The notes: generated by a model from the letters alone, not told the origin. Shown: positions 28,661-37,193, counted from the stretch's first letter. The stretch is 64,000 nt of DNA from a virus (IMGVR_UViG_3300032038_000001:186396-250395); one strand, 5' to 3'. A program made the numbers and translations.

Positions 28661-29935
28661 TTAATCATCTCCATCATTTTTTACTTTATTTTTTTTCTTC
28701 TTTTTCTTAGAAACTACGTCATCACCCATACGTCGTTTCTGACGTTTCTGAACTTTAAGAAGTTGATTCTTAAGTTTCTTCTCACGTTCTTTATCACGCT
28801 TCTGAGCTTTACGAAGTTTCTTCTCACGTTCTTTATTATCAGAGAATGCCTTGATATTCCATCCGGAATCTTCAAGCACCTCTTTTATTTCAAGTTCTTT
28901 AATGGCACCTAATGTCTTAAGACGACCATGATAGTCTTCTCTGATATTCTCATCAGCATATTCGTCAAGTTCCATCATGAACCTATTATAATTATCATCA
29001 TCAAGAATACTACCTATAAATTCAGGTATATCTGATAATGATTTATAATTATGCTTTCTGTCATATTCTTCAATATGACTAATGTCGTCTGCTGTAAGTT
29101 CAAACGCGAACGAACTCAAGTGTTTAGTACTAGACTGATTTCTCTTTATCCTTTTGATAGTTTTGAATATCTCAGGACAATATTTAAGCACCATTTTACT
29201 TTCTTTCGACGTTAATGATACTGCAACAGATCTTTCTGTATCATCATTTTCATCATCAGGATCATAATACATTGTATCTTTAGATGTATCTGCATTGATG
29301 TATTCGTCAACAGTCGAATCAAGTTCAGATTCGTCAAACATTTGAGGAATATCGTCAATCAATTCATCATCGGTAAATATATCCGTTTCTTGATGAAGTA
29401 ATTTTTTAGGGTCTTCATCCGAGAGAATAAATTCAGAAAGATATTCCCATGAAATATCTTTCTTATTCTTTCCCTTATATTTAGGAAACTTTAAACCATT
29501 TATATATATCTTATTTCGCATAAAGAGTTTCTTGAATTCATCTGGTGTATATACACCATTGTTTTCTGCAACTACATCTAAACAATGCAGTGCTTCCCTC
29601 ATAACTGTAACATACTCGTCGATATGTCTATAGTTATTCTTAGCTTTTCTAAGAATTTTAAATGTTTCATAAAAATGGTTTTTAGCTTGGCGTTCTTCTT
29701 CACTTAGATGATATTCATCACCAAAATCGTGAACAACAGCACAGTCCATTCCAGCTTCAATCACCTTCAAACGTTCGGGTGAAATAAACACTGGCTTACG
29801 TTCAACCTTTGAAAAAAGTTGACCTTGTGGTTTAGGCTCTTCCTCGGCTTCGTCGAAGATTTCTCGTATATTTTTTTCCTCCTCTTCGTCAAAACCTATC
29901 AGTAACATTCTTTCGTCTTCCATAAAATTAACCAT
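28661..29935 (-). CDS. Hypothetical acidic/basic coiled-coil protein; early gene (frame stays open 52 codons past the stop)
   Basis: 424-aa ORF; early motif at 29968-29978. Confidence 0.7.
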   Translation of the reverse strand: MVNFMEDERMLLIGFDEEEEKNIREIFDEAEEEPKPQGQLFSKVERKPVFISPERLKVIEAGMDCAVVHDFGDEYHLSEEERQAKNHFYETFKILRKAKNNYRHIDEYVTVMREALHCLDVVAENNGVYTPDEFKKLFMRNKIYINGLKFPKYKGKNKKDISWEYLSEFILSDEDPKKLLHQETDIFTDDELIDDIPQMFDESELDSTVDEYINADTSKDTMYYDPDDENDDTERSVAVSLTSKESKMVLKYCPEIFKTIKRIKRNQSSTKHLSSFAFELTADDISHIEEYDRKHNYKSLSDIPEFIGSILDDDNYNRFMMELDEYADENIREDYHGRLKTLGAIKELEIKEVLEDSGWNIKAFSDNKEREKKLRKAQKRDKEREKKLKNQLLKVQKRQKRRMGDDVVSKKKKKKNKVKNDGDD

Positions 29936-30080
29936 TCCTTTCTATGGTAATATTTTCTTACTATGAAATAATATATAAACTAATAGAAAATATTAAATGA
30001 GAGTTTGATTCAAGTTTATTTTTAATTTTTATAACATAGAAATAAAACTGAAAGAAATTTATTATTCGTCGGATTCCTTA

Positions 30081-30122
30081 AAAAAATGAAGTTGTACATT
30101 TTTTTGTACAACTTCATTTTTT
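30081..30122 (-). terminator. Intrinsic terminator
   Basis: AAAAAATGAAGTTGTACA/TGTACAACTTCATTTTTT. Confidence 0.7.
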
Positions 30123-30795
30123 ATATTACTGCACTTGATGTTGTCTCCATTTTACTAACATCATTAAATCCATCGACATCTATATATGTAAACTCCCTAC
30201 GTATTGCTTCAAATGACTCGGGTGTTAAGTTTTTAGTCATATCGAGCTTACGTTGAAGTTTATCATACATGTCATCACTTATATATTTCTCATATTTTTC
30301 CAAAAACTGAGAATAATCACCATATACCATATTTAACGGTACTATAAGCTTTGATGAATTGTGTATAACTTCGTGCATTGTTTTAGATAATGGTACAAGA
30401 CCGACCATATTCAAATAATGAAGCTCAAGGACTTCATCGGCAATTAATAAATCATTAAGAGGAAGACCTTCGTCTTGAAATTTTGATAAAACTACTTCCA
30501 CATAGTCATATAATGTAAAAGGTTCATGATGTAATTCAATACTCACTCTTCCTCGTTTATTTTGTTCTTTATTTGAAGTAATATTTTGAAAGAATATACA
30601 TTTATTCAAGTCTAGATGCTCTTTCAAAAATTGAATATAATCACGATATTCCATGGATGTCCTGACTATTTTTTCAATCCTTTTTATATATTTACATCTA
30701 TCTTTATCCGTATCTATATTAACATAATATTCCATTGGCTCTGGAGTAGTTATAGATACCGTATTGATATAGTCATTCAAACTTTTTTTCGACAT
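30121..30795 (-). CDS. HNH/His-Me-like protein (paralog of 21681..22307)
   Basis: KCIF...SIELHHEP...LVPLSKTMHEVIH; RBS GAGGTG. Confidence 0.55.
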   Translation of the reverse strand: MSKKSLNDYINTVSITTPEPMEYYVNIDTDKDRCKYIKRIEKIVRTSMEYRDYIQFLKEHLDLNKCIFFQNITSNKEQNKRGRVSIELHHEPFTLYDYVEVVLSKFQDEGLPLNDLLIADEVLELHYLNMVGLVPLSKTMHEVIHNSSKLIVPLNMVYGDYSQFLEKYEKYISDDMYDKLQRKLDMTKNLTPESFEAIRREFTYIDVDGFNDVSKMETTSSAVI

Positions 30796-30832
30796 TCAGA
30801 TTCACCTCACTTAATAAATTGTAGACTGTTTA

Positions 30833-31393
30833 TTATTTAAACGTATCACCATATAAAGTAATAAAATATGCGAGTTCATCGTATTTCCACTCAGATAATT
30901 TATTATAGAGGGATTCCTCATACGACATTTGATCAACCATGACAAATAATTTATATCCATCAATGAAATCAAGATATTCCAGTGCTTTCATTATCTTTTT
31001 ATTAAATAATAATTTAAAAGTATCAAATGATAACCACCATCCTTCATCATTTAAAGGTATTTGTGGTTCTTTGACAAATTGATATTCATCCTGAGTTACT
31101 AGTAACTCAACATTAAATATCCTCTGCGAATTAGTATTTTTATTTTCAACAGTTCTTATTTTTTGTAATGACAGCACTTTACCTCTATGTGAATTAGCAA
31201 ACTCAGCATATTCTTCTCTACTGACTTTAGTAACTCTCTTAATAAATCTATTCATGTCACGCTCTTTTTCAAAGCGCTTTGCTAACTCCTTATCGACAGT
31301 TAACGCATATAGATTGTACTTACTAGTTGAAGGGAAGTCATCCTCTTTTAATTCTGCATCAGTAGGTTTTTTAATGTATCGCCATAAATGCAT
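30833..31393 (-). CDS. LYAxT-family paralog 4
   Basis: LYALTVDKELAKRFEKERDMNRF motif. Confidence 0.65.
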   Translation of the reverse strand: MHLWRYIKKPTDAELKEDDFPSTSKYNLYALTVDKELAKRFEKERDMNRFIKRVTKVSREEYAEFANSHRGKVLSLQKIRTVENKNTNSQRIFNVELLVTQDEYQFVKEPQIPLNDEGWWLSFDTFKLLFNKKIMKALEYLDFIDGYKLFVMVDQMSYEESLYNKLSEWKYDELAYFITLYGDTFK

Positions 31394-31983
31394 GCATCAC
31401 ACATCCTTTCTATATTATACGTATTTTCAAATTCATGAAAATATAATGCGAATAAGTTTATTTCAAATGAATAAAAGGGCATTGAATCCATTTGTCTTAC
31501 CCAGCCTATAAAATCATAATAATTAAATATTCTTTTTAATATATTAGATATTGTATCATTAAATATATCTGGGGAGATTAGTGATAAGTTTTTATGAACT
31601 TCATCAAATATTAGATGTAATGAAGATATACCATCAAAATATACTTTATTGAATTCTTTTCCAGTACTAAGAATTAATATGATATCAGTGACTATCTTAT
31701 CATTTTTAATAGACCTAGTTTTATACCCTCTGAATTTTATAACGTAATCATCGTATTTTTCAGAAAATGATTCATATTCATCTTTACTCATATCTTCTAT
31801 CTTATAATAAAATATATCCATATTGCGAGTATTGATGAATTTGTTTCTAATAGATTTATCGTTAGTGAATCCATATAATGCATAAAACGTATCACCATTT
31901 CTTTTAACATTATCATTACTGATACCTGGGAAGTAGGTCTCTGTAAGAAATTCATGAACTAAATAAAACATGTATACTTTCAT
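31348..31983 (-). CDS. LYAxT-family paralog 3
   Basis: LYGFTNDKSIRNKFINTRNMDIF. Probable start ATG 31983 after RBS GAAAGGA (track start 31998). Confidence 0.65.
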   Translation of the reverse strand: MKVYMFYLVHEFLTETYFPGISNDNVKRNGDTFYALYGFTNDKSIRNKFINTRNMDIFYYKIEDMSKDEYESFSEKYDDYVIKFRGYKTRSIKNDKIVTDIILILSTGKEFNKVYFDGISSLHLIFDEVHKNLSLISPDIFNDTISNILKRIFNYYDFIGWVRQMDSMPFYSFEINLFALYFHEFENTYNIERMCDACIYGDTLKNLLMQN

Positions 31984-31994
31984 TATTTTTCCTT

Positions 31995-32642
31995 TCAATA
32001 TATCATAGATTTTATATACTGAATCAGCATTTGTAATTTATCAGCGCAAATATCAAAATATCTACGTCCAAATACTGTAAATCCATAGGATTTATTATAT
32101 TCAGCAAATTCAGATCGTTCGGTTATTTCATCATCGGTAAAACATTCTGGATCACCGCCAACCATAAGATCATACTCAGTTGTATAAGATATTACATCGA
32201 GAGCATCAATTAATGTTTGATTAAATGGATGATAATCAACCATTATTTCAGGCATATAATTATAGTACATTTCACTGTATCCTTCAGCACTATCAGTAAG
32301 TAGAAATTCAAATAGTGTTGAAGGAAATATGGTTGATGATACATTAGCCATATCACCACGATCATATTTATAATACCCAAGTTTATACTCTGAATATGTC
32401 TCCTTAAATTTTATATAATCATCTTTAGAAAAATCTTTTTTCAACGGAATATAATATTTACATCCTGAACGAATATTCATAAAATCATTAAATAGATTTT
32501 TTTTCTTTGTCCAAGCATATAACCCAGTGTACTTTTCTGTTTCATCATCATATGACCAATCTTTAGTGTTTGGTATAACACCAGAAACTGAGTCAATAAA
32601 AACCTTTTTTGGCACTGCGGCATAAATACAATAAATCGTCAT
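31995..32642 (-). CDS. LYAxT-family paralog 2
   Basis: LYAWTKKKNLFNDFMNIR. Probable start ATG 32642 after RBS GAAAGGA (track start 32669). Confidence 0.65.
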   Translation of the reverse strand: MTIYCIYAAVPKKVFIDSVSGVIPNTKDWSYDDETEKYTGLYAWTKKKNLFNDFMNIRSGCKYYIPLKKDFSKDDYIKFKETYSEYKLGYYKYDRGDMANVSSTIFPSTLFEFLLTDSAEGYSEMYYNYMPEIMVDYHPFNQTLIDALDVISYTTEYDLMVGGDPECFTDDEITERSEFAEYNKSYGFTVFGRRYFDICADKLQMLIQYIKSMIY

Positions 32643-32643
32643 A

Positions 32644-33210
32644 TTAATCCTTTCTAAGATATTTTCCAAATGCCTTTATAAACCCACCAAATATATCAAA
32701 TTCATAATCATATTGTGCATTCGGAAATATATCTTCTATTTTTTCAGGTTCATAGCAATACATATAGCTATATACATAATCAATATACTTTAAAGCATTA
32801 AAAATTTTCTTATTAAAACAAAATGGATTTACACGTGCCATCGAAAATATTTCATATGAGATAAACGAATCATAAGATGAAATTAGACTCATCTCTTCAG
32901 CCTCTGTGACAACTAATGAAAAAGGAACAGGTATACCTGGATTATCTATATCTTTAGTATAACCATTCATTAGCATCAGATTATTTGGCTGATTATATTT
33001 AACTAAATTATTCACAGTACTTCTGTCAAATTTCATCACCCTTTTATGAAATAAATTCATATCTCGTTCTTTTTCGAATTGCTTTGCTAATTCTTTATTA
33101 TCGGTATATGCATATAATTCTACATTATCATCTATATTTTCATCATATAGATAATATAAATAGTACTTATATTTATTAGTAGTTTTCATATTTTGATAAC
33201 CACTCCTCAT
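32644..33210 (-). CDS. LYAxT-family paralog 1
   Basis: LYAYTDNKELAKQFEKERDMNLF. Probable start MKTT after RBS GAGGAG. Confidence 0.65.
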   Translation of the reverse strand: MRSGYQNMKTTNKYKYYLYYLYDENIDDNVELYAYTDNKELAKQFEKERDMNLFHKRVMKFDRSTVNNLVKYNQPNNLMLMNGYTKDIDNPGIPVPFSLVVTEAEEMSLISSYDSFISYEIFSMARVNPFCFNKKIFNALKYIDYVYSYMYCYEPEKIEDIFPNAQYDYEFDIFGGFIKAFGKYLRKD

Positions 33211-33382
33211 TCATACATTTTTCAAAATCCTCTTCATCAAGATATTCCTTTAACTTTTTCAATTTCTTTTTAATTTTCTTAGGACTTTTATCTAATGAAT
33301 TGTAAATCAAAAAATCAGAAAGCAGTAAGAGATCATCAACTGATTCTTTTATATTTTTTATATCTTTATCAAATTTATTCAT
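33176..33382 (-). CDS. Small hypothetical protein; first gene of the paralog operon
   Basis: 68 aa; RBS AAGGA; early motif at 33417-33427. Confidence 0.55.
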   Translation of the reverse strand: MNKFDKDIKNIKESVDDLLLLSDFLIYNSLDKSPKKIKKKLKKLKEYLDEEDFEKCMNEEWLSKYENY

Positions 33383-33485
33383 ACATTTTCATATCCTTTA
33401 TCTAAAGTATATGAAGATGATATATAAGTAATTCACAATTCATTCGGTGTACTTTAATATAAACATCAACAAGGGGGAATTTTTT

Positions 33486-33644
33486 ATGAATAATGATTGT
33501 CTCAATAACTATGATGATTCAGAAATTGAATCATATTTCGGAGAATCAGATGATTCTATTAAAAAATGTAATAAATGTCCTCATCTTATATATGAAAATG
33601 GAACAATAACATGCGACAAAATTATAGAAAAGGAAGATCAATAA
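33486..33644 (+). CDS. Small Cys-containing protein
   Basis: ATG 33486 after RBS AAGGGGG; CNKC...TCD; TAATG coupling to the next gene. Confidence 0.5.
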   Translation: MNNDCLNNYDDSEIESYFGESDDSIKKCNKCPHLIYENGTITCDKIIEKEDQ

Positions 33645-34900
33645 TGATTGTACAGAATGTAGAAATGTCAAATATTGACAAATTGTATGAAGCTATTGCA
33701 ATAGGTAAGCATAATCCAGATTATGATAAAAAAATATATGATAATATTAATAAATTACTATCTCATACCACTATAACTTTTTTCATTGATGACTTGACTT
33801 TATTTGAAGAGTTTATCATGAAAGTCTTTACAAACTCGGAAATTATTCCAGTAGCGACATTTTATGACAATGAAGCATTAGGTGATAAATATAAACAAGT
33901 TATAGATAACATTTTAACGTTATCTGACAGTATTAATCGTGATGCCGATATAAAATATTCAATTGGTCAATACTTCCTAACGGCTGGCTGTATAACTAAG
34001 AGAATTATTTTGTCGTTATCTGGTCCACAGTTATTCTCTATTTTTGGTATGATGCCTGATGTATTTTTTATGAAAACATTTGGATATCAATCAAACAGTG
34101 ATTTTTCTCATGAAATTCTCGATTATAAAGTTCTCGAGGATTCATTAATTACAAACTTTGTTAATAATTTTTATAGTTATTATCAGTCATATGTAAATAA
34201 AATTGATGCTGTTATTGATTCATACATTCATAGTAATTTCTATAGTTTTATCGATGATAAAAAAACTTCTGTAGCATTATCAGATGTTGTATCTCCTACG
34301 GGTTCAATATCGTTTTTTGGTGATAAAACCGATAATATACAGACAGATATGATGCACACATCTAGTGTATTTTTAGATGTAATAGATGATGTACGTGGTT
34401 TAATGTACAAATCAATAAATCTATATTTTGTTATAAATTGCAGTTTTTATGCGTTCCTAGAGATGTCTATAGCTCTTCCTAATGTATTTTTCATAGACCA
34501 TCAGGATATGAAACTTTTATTTAGAGAAGATGCTAAAATGATAATACCAGAAGGATTAGATAAATATAGTATGAGATTATCATCTAAACTTGGAGATATA
34601 AAAAAGATGAAAGATGAAGTATCTTCTAAACATGAAGCTAATCTCACAAGATATAAATTTATTCCATTAAATACATCAATTAAATTTAGTATGAAGATTT
34701 CTCTGAATGACATTTCTTCAACTTTATTGAAGTATGAAACAGCGATTAGAGATAATCATATTTATAATATGAATTCGGCTTTAAGTAACGAGATACTCTA
34801 TATAATTAATTCAATTAAATCAACATCAAAAAGTATTTATGATATATTATTATCATCATCGAAAGAACTTGAACGACGTGTATTTGATGATAATAACTAA
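33644..34900 (+). CDS. Hypothetical protein, possibly a tandem degenerate ThyX-like fold
   Basis: Start probably ATG 33644 (RBS AAGGA). HTTITFFI, QYFLTAGCIT, INLYFVINCS and RYKFIPLNTSIKFSM echo ThyX structural motifs; no RHR catalytic motif. Confidence 0.45.
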   Translation: MIVQNVEMSNIDKLYEAIAIGKHNPDYDKKIYDNINKLLSHTTITFFIDDLTLFEEFIMKVFTNSEIIPVATFYDNEALGDKYKQVIDNILTLSDSINRDADIKYSIGQYFLTAGCITKRIILSLSGPQLFSIFGMMPDVFFMKTFGYQSNSDFSHEILDYKVLEDSLITNFVNNFYSYYQSYVNKIDAVIDSYIHSNFYSFIDDKKTSVALSDVVSPTGSISFFGDKTDNIQTDMMHTSSVFLDVIDDVRGLMYKSINLYFVINCSFYAFLEMSIALPNVFFIDHQDMKLLFREDAKMIIPEGLDKYSMRLSSKLGDIKKMKDEVSSKHEANLTRYKFIPLNTSIKFSMKISLNDISSTLLKYETAIRDNHIYNMNSALSNEILYIINSIKSTSKSIYDILLSSSKELERRVFDDNN

Positions 34901-34901
34901 G

Positions 34902-34941
34902 AAATGGGTCTATAGAATTAAAAATCTATAGACCCATTTTT
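34902..34941 (+). terminator. Intrinsic terminator
   Basis: AAATGGGTCTATAGA/TCTATAGACCCATTT followed by T residues. Confidence 0.75.
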
Positions 34942-34969
34942 AATATATTTTTTATACTAATATACGTAG

Positions 34970-35010
34970 AAAAAATTGACTATTACGTATTTTATACGTA
35001 ATAGTCAATT
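34970..35010 (-). terminator. Minus-strand intrinsic terminator with no upstream ORF
   Basis: 17-bp stem AATTGACTATTACGTAT/ATACGTAATAGTCAATT; the U run exists only on the minus strand. Confidence 0.65.
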
Positions 35011-35063
35011 GATTTGGATAATATTCTGAAAGGAGACTAGAACTAGAATGTGAATTCATCTTT
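34970..35063 (-). ncRNA. Putative ~90-nt late sRNA with anti-Shine-Dalgarno segment (CUCCUUUCAGAAUAU)
   Basis: Late promoter motif at 35063-35074, terminator at 34970-35010 and no ORF in between. Confidence 0.4.
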
Positions 35064-35074
35064 ATTTAAATGTT
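35063..35074 (-). promoter_or_regulatory. Late promoter motif (AACATTTAAATA), orphan
   Basis: Exact AACA-N6-TA; no protein gene downstream. Confidence 0.45.
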
Positions 35075-35139
35075 ATGAAAGATAACTAATAAATTAAGTC
35101 ATCATTTATATATGAATTATCATTTTTAAGTTATTCAAG

Positions 35140-35295
35140 GTTTTCCTTTTTTCTCTTTCTTATCCTATTTATTTTTTTATCTTTCTCTTTTTTTTATTTT
35201 TCTCTTTCTTCCTTTTTCTTCTCTTTTTTTTTATTTTTTTATCCCCCATTTGTGGGCTCGCTTTTCGCTCCCCCAGCCGGTAGGGGTTCCCCCTT
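35140..35295 (-). other. G-cluster hairpins plus ~105-nt polypurine tract; candidate R-loop origin or structured RNA
   Basis: Plus strand 35141-35246 has no G and is almost all T/C. 35243-35293 is a conspicuous GC-rich island (GGGGG, GGGGG, GGGG on the minus strand). Confidence 0.4.
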
Positions 35296-35306
35296 AATAG
35301 AATGTT
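35295..35306 (-). promoter_or_regulatory. Late promoter motif (AACATTCTATTA) abutting the GC-rich element
   Basis: Exact AACA-N6-TA; predicted +1 falls at the first base of AAGGGGGAACCCCU. Confidence 0.55.
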
Positions 35307-35339
35307 ATAGAAAAATAAAATTTAATTTTTAACTTCAAT

Positions 35340-35357
35340 TTATACATCATATTTAAG
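35340..35357 (+). promoter_or_regulatory. Putative early promoter (TTATACATCATATTTAAG)
   Basis: Shares TYATAYATYAT and ATTTAAG with 12879-12896 and 46990-47007. Confidence 0.5.
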
Positions 35358-35408
35358 ATAAAGTATATTTCATATATTTTATATATTTAAATTATGGAGG
35401 TTTTAAAA

Positions 35409-35843
35409 ATGTCAAAAGCTAAGAAAAAGAAGGAAAGTAAGAAGCCGATATCAATTATAAATGAGGTTGATAAGACTTTGAATATGACATACGATGCCAT
35501 TATGTCAGAAATTGAAGAGCTTCAGTTGGAACTTTATCTTGCTGAAGAGAAAGCTCGAAAGAAGGCAAGAAAGAAGATAAAGAAAGATCCTTATTATTTT
35601 GATAACTCTCTTGAACGAATAGAAGCTCGAAAGGAAGTGATTCAGAGAATAGAAGGAACTAATCTTCTTGATAGGATAGAAAATATTTTCAAGGACATAT
35701 GTCCTATTGTAATTATCATAGCAAGATTAATTGCTTCGTTAATTCTTGCTATTTTATCATTTGAACCAGTTAAGGTTCATATTAAACCTGAGACACTTCT
35801 AAAGTTACAGAATGTTTATCAGAGCTCGTTAAGTATAAAATAA
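35409..35843 (+). CDS. Hypothetical protein with C-terminal hydrophobic helix
   Basis: Start MSKAK after RBS GGAGG; IVIIIARLIASLILAILSF. Confidence 0.6.
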   Translation: MSKAKKKKESKKPISIINEVDKTLNMTYDAIMSEIEELQLELYLAEEKARKKARKKIKKDPYYFDNSLERIEARKEVIQRIEGTNLLDRIENIFKDICPIVIIIARLIASLILAILSFEPVKVHIKPETLLKLQNVYQSSLSIK

Positions 35844-35857
35844 AGGAATGATAAAAA

Positions 35858-36289
35858 ATGAATAATACTGGAAAAGATAGAGTACTACTTGATATTAAAC
35901 ACCCGATATCAAAAATGAACACTTTTGATATTAAGTTGTACAATTACGAGTTGGCTGAGTTTAAGTTAACCAGTGAACAAGAGAAACAATTAATCACTTA
36001 CGGGCATATTCATCTTGAAAATGATGAAAAAATTATAGATATACATCTAAAATTTTTAGATGATAACCTTATGAAAGATGAAAGCCTCGAAGCACTTATT
36101 GATAATTTTATCTATAATGCATCAGATGAAAAAGAGTTAAACGAGTTCAAAATAAATGGCTACGATTACTGTAAGACTCGAGTCGCAAATAATGGTAGAT
36201 TAACAGAAACCGAAGCCAGTAGATATCTTATGGATTTTATGCAGACTGAACAAGTAATATCTCTTGAAATTTGTTATCCAAATGATTAA
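35858..36289 (+). CDS. Hypothetical protein, tandem paralog A
   Basis: Shares IHLENDEKI and FKINGxDYCKxxVANNGRLTETEASRYL with the next gene. Confidence 0.7.
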   Translation: MNNTGKDRVLLDIKHPISKMNTFDIKLYNYELAEFKLTSEQEKQLITYGHIHLENDEKIIDIHLKFLDDNLMKDESLEALIDNFIYNASDEKELNEFKINGYDYCKTRVANNGRLTETEASRYLMDFMQTEQVISLEICYPND

Positions 36290-36301
36290 GGAAGTGATGA
36301 A

Positions 36302-36730
36302 ATGAACGAAAAGAAAAGGATTGACTTGACAATTAAACAGCCACTATCCAAACTAGATACTTTTTCATCACTTGATGAATATATACCTGATGAGTTTGAG
36401 ATAACCAACGAGCAATGGAAACAATTACTCACACAAGGGTATATTCATCTTGAAAATGATGAAAAGATTTTGAATATTAAAATCGAAATAATCAGCGATG
36501 AACTTTTTGATGATGAATCAGTAGAGTCATTTATTGATAAATTTATCGAGAATGCATCCAATGATAAGGAATTGATTAAATTCAAAATAAATGGCTGTGA
36601 TTACTGTAAGTCTCCAGTCGCAAATAATGGTAGATTAACAGAAACCGAAGCCAGTAGATATCTTATAGACCATATGTCTATTGAAAAGATAAACCTTATA
36701 GAGATACAGTATGCAGGAGAAGATTCTTAA
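36302..36730 (+). CDS. Hypothetical protein, tandem paralog B
   Basis: Near-identical DNA block agtcgcaaataatggtagattaacagaaaccgaagccagtagatatcttat shared with paralog A. Confidence 0.7.
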   Translation: MNEKKRIDLTIKQPLSKLDTFSSLDEYIPDEFEITNEQWKQLLTQGYIHLENDEKILNIKIEIISDELFDDESVESFIDKFIENASNDKELIKFKINGCDYCKSPVANNGRLTETEASRYLIDHMSIEKINLIEIQYAGEDS

Positions 36731-36731
36731 A

Positions 36732-37187
36732 ATGTACTATGTGGTTGAAAACGGAAAAACAATTATTGCCTTTCATCATGAAAAGCGAGTAGTACAAAAA
36801 TACTGTGAACTACTATTACAAAAATATGATGATTTAAATCTCTCTATTAATAAAGAGAAAAATAAAAAATCATATAAACGGATAGAGTTTGATGATTTAT
36901 ATCTAGTACGGTATAAAGAAACCTTTATCCAAAGAAAGTATATTGAAACTCTTGAATTGTATGATAATGGGTATACAGACGATTTCATTACTGTTAAGGA
37001 TATTTTGTTAAGGACTGTTCAAACATATGATATTGGTAAAAAAGATTTAAAGGCAATACACAAAGTCATAATGTTGATGGAAGACTTAGCAAAAGATGAG
37101 GGTTCATTCACACCTAGTCTAAAAGATCTGAAAGAAATGGAATCGGATATGAACTATTATATATACAATACAAGATATGGGAGGTGA
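36732..37187 (+). CDS. Hypothetical protein (possibly distant LYAxT-family member)
   Basis: MYYVV...IIAFHHEKRVVQKY; start after RBS AGGAG (track start 36711). Confidence 0.55.
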   Translation: MYYVVENGKTIIAFHHEKRVVQKYCELLLQKYDDLNLSINKEKNKKSYKRIEFDDLYLVRYKETFIQRKYIETLELYDNGYTDDFITVKDILLRTVQTYDIGKKDLKAIHKVIMLMEDLAKDEGSFTPSLKDLKEMESDMNYYIYNTRYGR

Positions 37188-37193
37188 TAAATT

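Noticed and set aside
35243-35295. GC-rich island as a tRNA
   Set aside because: Too short, with no cloverleaf, TTCRA loop or CCA end.
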